The position numbers were made by a program, and so were the translations under genes. This document shows, in pieces, positions 62,183 to 64,000 of a stretch of 64,000 nucleotides of DNA (position 1 is the stretch's first letter; each line of letters begins with the position of its first letter). A model generated the notes under the pieces. It worked only from the letters and a program-made list of their open reading frames with translations. It made no database searches and was not told where the DNA came from. The DNA comes from Diplonema japonicum (lineage: Eukaryota; Protista; Euglenozoa: Diplonemea), in NCBI GenBank assembly GCA_964019335.1, contig OZ025723.1, positions 372,001 through 436,000 on the forward strand, given 5' to 3'.

Positions 62183-63187
62183 ATGACCAACATAAAGACC
62201 CTTTCAAGGTCTTTTTCAAAAGGGCTGGAAGCATGCATTAGTGGAAAAGGGAATGTGGTGGTGCTCGTTGGAGAGGGAGCAGCACGAGAAGCAGGAGTGG
62301 GGAAGCCAAAGGACTGGATGATCGGGGACACGAGATATGCAGCAGACATATTGCGAACGGAAGTGAGTTTTAAGAGGATGTGGTGGGAGGTGTGGGCGTG
62401 GTACGCAGCGAGGGCTGCAATAGCCTTGCATGCTGAGCCGTGCAGCGCACAACACGGTGTGGTGGACCTTCTAGTGCTGTTGGGGAGGATTTGTACAGCA
62501 GTCAGCCTCACTTCCGATGGCCTTCTGAGGAGAGCAGCTGTGGATGCCGTGGACAACGGGTGCTCCCTGATGTCCTCGCAGGTGGTTGAGACGCAGGGCA
62601 ACATTACAACCATGAGGTGCAACAACCCGCAGTCGCCACACCCGCATGAAGAATTTCCACTACCTGAACTGGATTCCATACCAGACTGGAAGGACTTCAC
62701 AAAACGAAAACTATCACAAGAGGAATCCGAGCTCCTGCGGTGTCCGCTGTGCATGTCGCCAGCCAAGCCGTCCGAACCCTTTCATGACGCGCCTCAAACT
62801 ACTTTAGCTGCGTCGCAGTACTTTCCGTACCTCGCCACAAACACACGCTTGTTGCTGCTGTTGGGGTGCGACAACAGCGCCGACGACCCGTTCCAGCAGT
62901 CGATCATCAAATCCACTTATGACAACGACGGCTGGGTGCTGCGTGCAGGGTCGCCTGCCAAAAAGGCTGCTGGCGATGTAGCTAATGCTTTGGGGCAGAC
63001 TGGGATCCGTGCAAAGGACGGTGTTCAATACACCCCCACGCAAGTTATCACTGACGTTCAGGGAATTGAAGAAAAGCAAGAGGCCGTGCACCTTGGTCTG
63101 CTGATGTCAGCACTCGTCGACGTGGCCGAGGAAGTCGTTGCGGCTCAGGGCAAAATGCCTCAGGTATATCATAGAATGTGTATCTAA
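62183..63187 (+). CDS. sirtuin (Sir2)-fold protein, catalytically degenerate
   Basis: VVVLVGEGAAREAGV, SLTSDGLLRRA, VVETQGNITTMRC and RCPLC align with the sirtuin GAG, TQNxDGL, ELHG and Zn motifs. 3' end uncertain. Confidence 0.7.
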   Translation: MTNIKTLSRSFSKGLEACISGKGNVVVLVGEGAAREAGVGKPKDWMIGDTRYAADILRTEVSFKRMWWEVWAWYAARAAIALHAEPCSAQHGVVDLLVLLGRICTAVSLTSDGLLRRAAVDAVDNGCSLMSSQVVETQGNITTMRCNNPQSPHPHEEFPLPELDSIPDWKDFTKRKLSQEESELLRCPLCMSPAKPSEPFHDAPQTTLAASQYFPYLATNTRLLLLLGCDNSADDPFQQSIIKSTYDNDGWVLRAGSPAKKAAGDVANALGQTGIRAKDGVQYTPTQVITDVQGIEEKQEAVHLGLLMSALVDVAEEVVAAQGKMPQVYHRMCI

Positions 63188-63244
63188 GTAGTATTTTTTA
63201 AAATGTTTCTTGCGTGTCTTAACTCCTCAGGTTCCTATGTCAAG

Positions 63245-64000
63245 ATGCGTGCTACGTGTGCAGAAGAGGTTTTCCAGCTGGGGATACGCACCATCGTCAT
63301 TTGACTTGGGGCCCAGGAAGCTGCCTGACGGCATGCTTGACAAGGATGTGGCAGACTTCTTGCGGTGGACATTGGGAACGGTGCAGCACGTGCGTGTAGG
63401 TCAGCAGAGGAGTGCGGCACTGGCTGCGGCGTTGAAAGCGGAGTTGAAGCGCTTGCGAGATGCGAACTACGAGACAGGACCACAGGCATACACGCAAGCT
63501 ATAACGCTCCTCGCAAGATGGGGCAGGACCGCAGAAGCAAGAGCCTTGCTTGAGGAAATGAAGTCGAGGGGCTTGGTGATCAATGCAGAGCCTTATGAGG
63601 AGCTGATGAAAGGCCATGCCATGTGCGGCGACCTTCATGGGATTCAGCAGGTGCTGCGGGAGATGAACCAGGGGGGATGGGCAATCACGAAGCAGGCCTA
63701 TAACTACCTTTTGATGGGGTTCTCAAAAAGAGGTGAGCAGTCACACGCCATTAAAATGTTAGAAGCCATGAAAGAGTCAGGCCTGCAGCCCGACAGGATG
63801 TCGTACCACTGGGCCATCATGGCATGCAACAACTACACGGCCGCTCGGAAGATCTTCGACGACATGGTGGCAAGGGGCATACAGTACAATGACCAAACCT
63901 TCTCGGCGCTACTCAAGACGTGTATGAAGGCTGGGGATGCAAAGAACGGGATGACCATCTTGATGGAGAGCATCGAGGACGGGTTGAAACCCTCGAGCAC
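63245..64000 (+). CDS. PPR protein, runs off the window end (not in the ORF track)
   Basis: Open frame from ATG 63245 (or 63203) to the edge: AYTQAITLLARWG..LLEEMKSRG, AYNYLLMGFSKRG..MKESGLQPDRMSYHWAIMAC, TFSALLKTCMKAG. Confidence 0.88.

Overview
Eukaryotic, not prokaryotic, DNA. About 31 host protein-coding genes lie head-to-tail, all on the + strand across 64 kb, forming a directional gene cluster. Nine of them are interrupted by 19 GT-AG introns of 31-67 nt (one is 180 nt), and every spliced model restores an open frame. Unidirectional clustering with frequent tiny introns, MLRR-type mitochondrial presequences, PPR proteins and a degenerate nucleotide cyclase point to a euglenozoan, most plausibly a diplonemid (inference). 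Recognisable genes: GNA1, a bacterial-type metallo-beta-lactamase-fold hydrolase, biotin synthase, an SRI-like domain protein, an ankyrin protein, prolyl 4-hydroxylase, a TFIIIC tau91-like WD40 protein, a cathepsin D-like protease, WBP11, a cytochrome b5/MAPR protein, SEPSECS, a membrane-anchored ADPRM-like phosphoesterase, a small Tim, a mitochondrial RRM protein, UBC13, two PPR proteins, an SCP/NIF phosphatase, a formin, a class III cyclase and a degenerate sirtuin. Two different defective piggyBac elements (TTAA duplications plus CCAT-starting TIRs) lie at 11129-12122 and 18002-19785. No rRNA, tRNA, CRISPR or spliced-leader gene was seen. I found no clear-cut novel multi-gene system. The most unusual signals are architectural: mini-introns lacking a polypyrimidine tract and skewed to gene 3' ends, and a G-to-C synonymous gradient along each gene. 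Several odd proteins also stand out: a 47-aa-period repeat protein, bacterial adhesin-like repeats in a signal-less protein, a stand-alone SRI domain, and a pseudo-sirtuin that may be spliced to a PPR protein. All homology calls come from motif recognition by eye, not from database searches.
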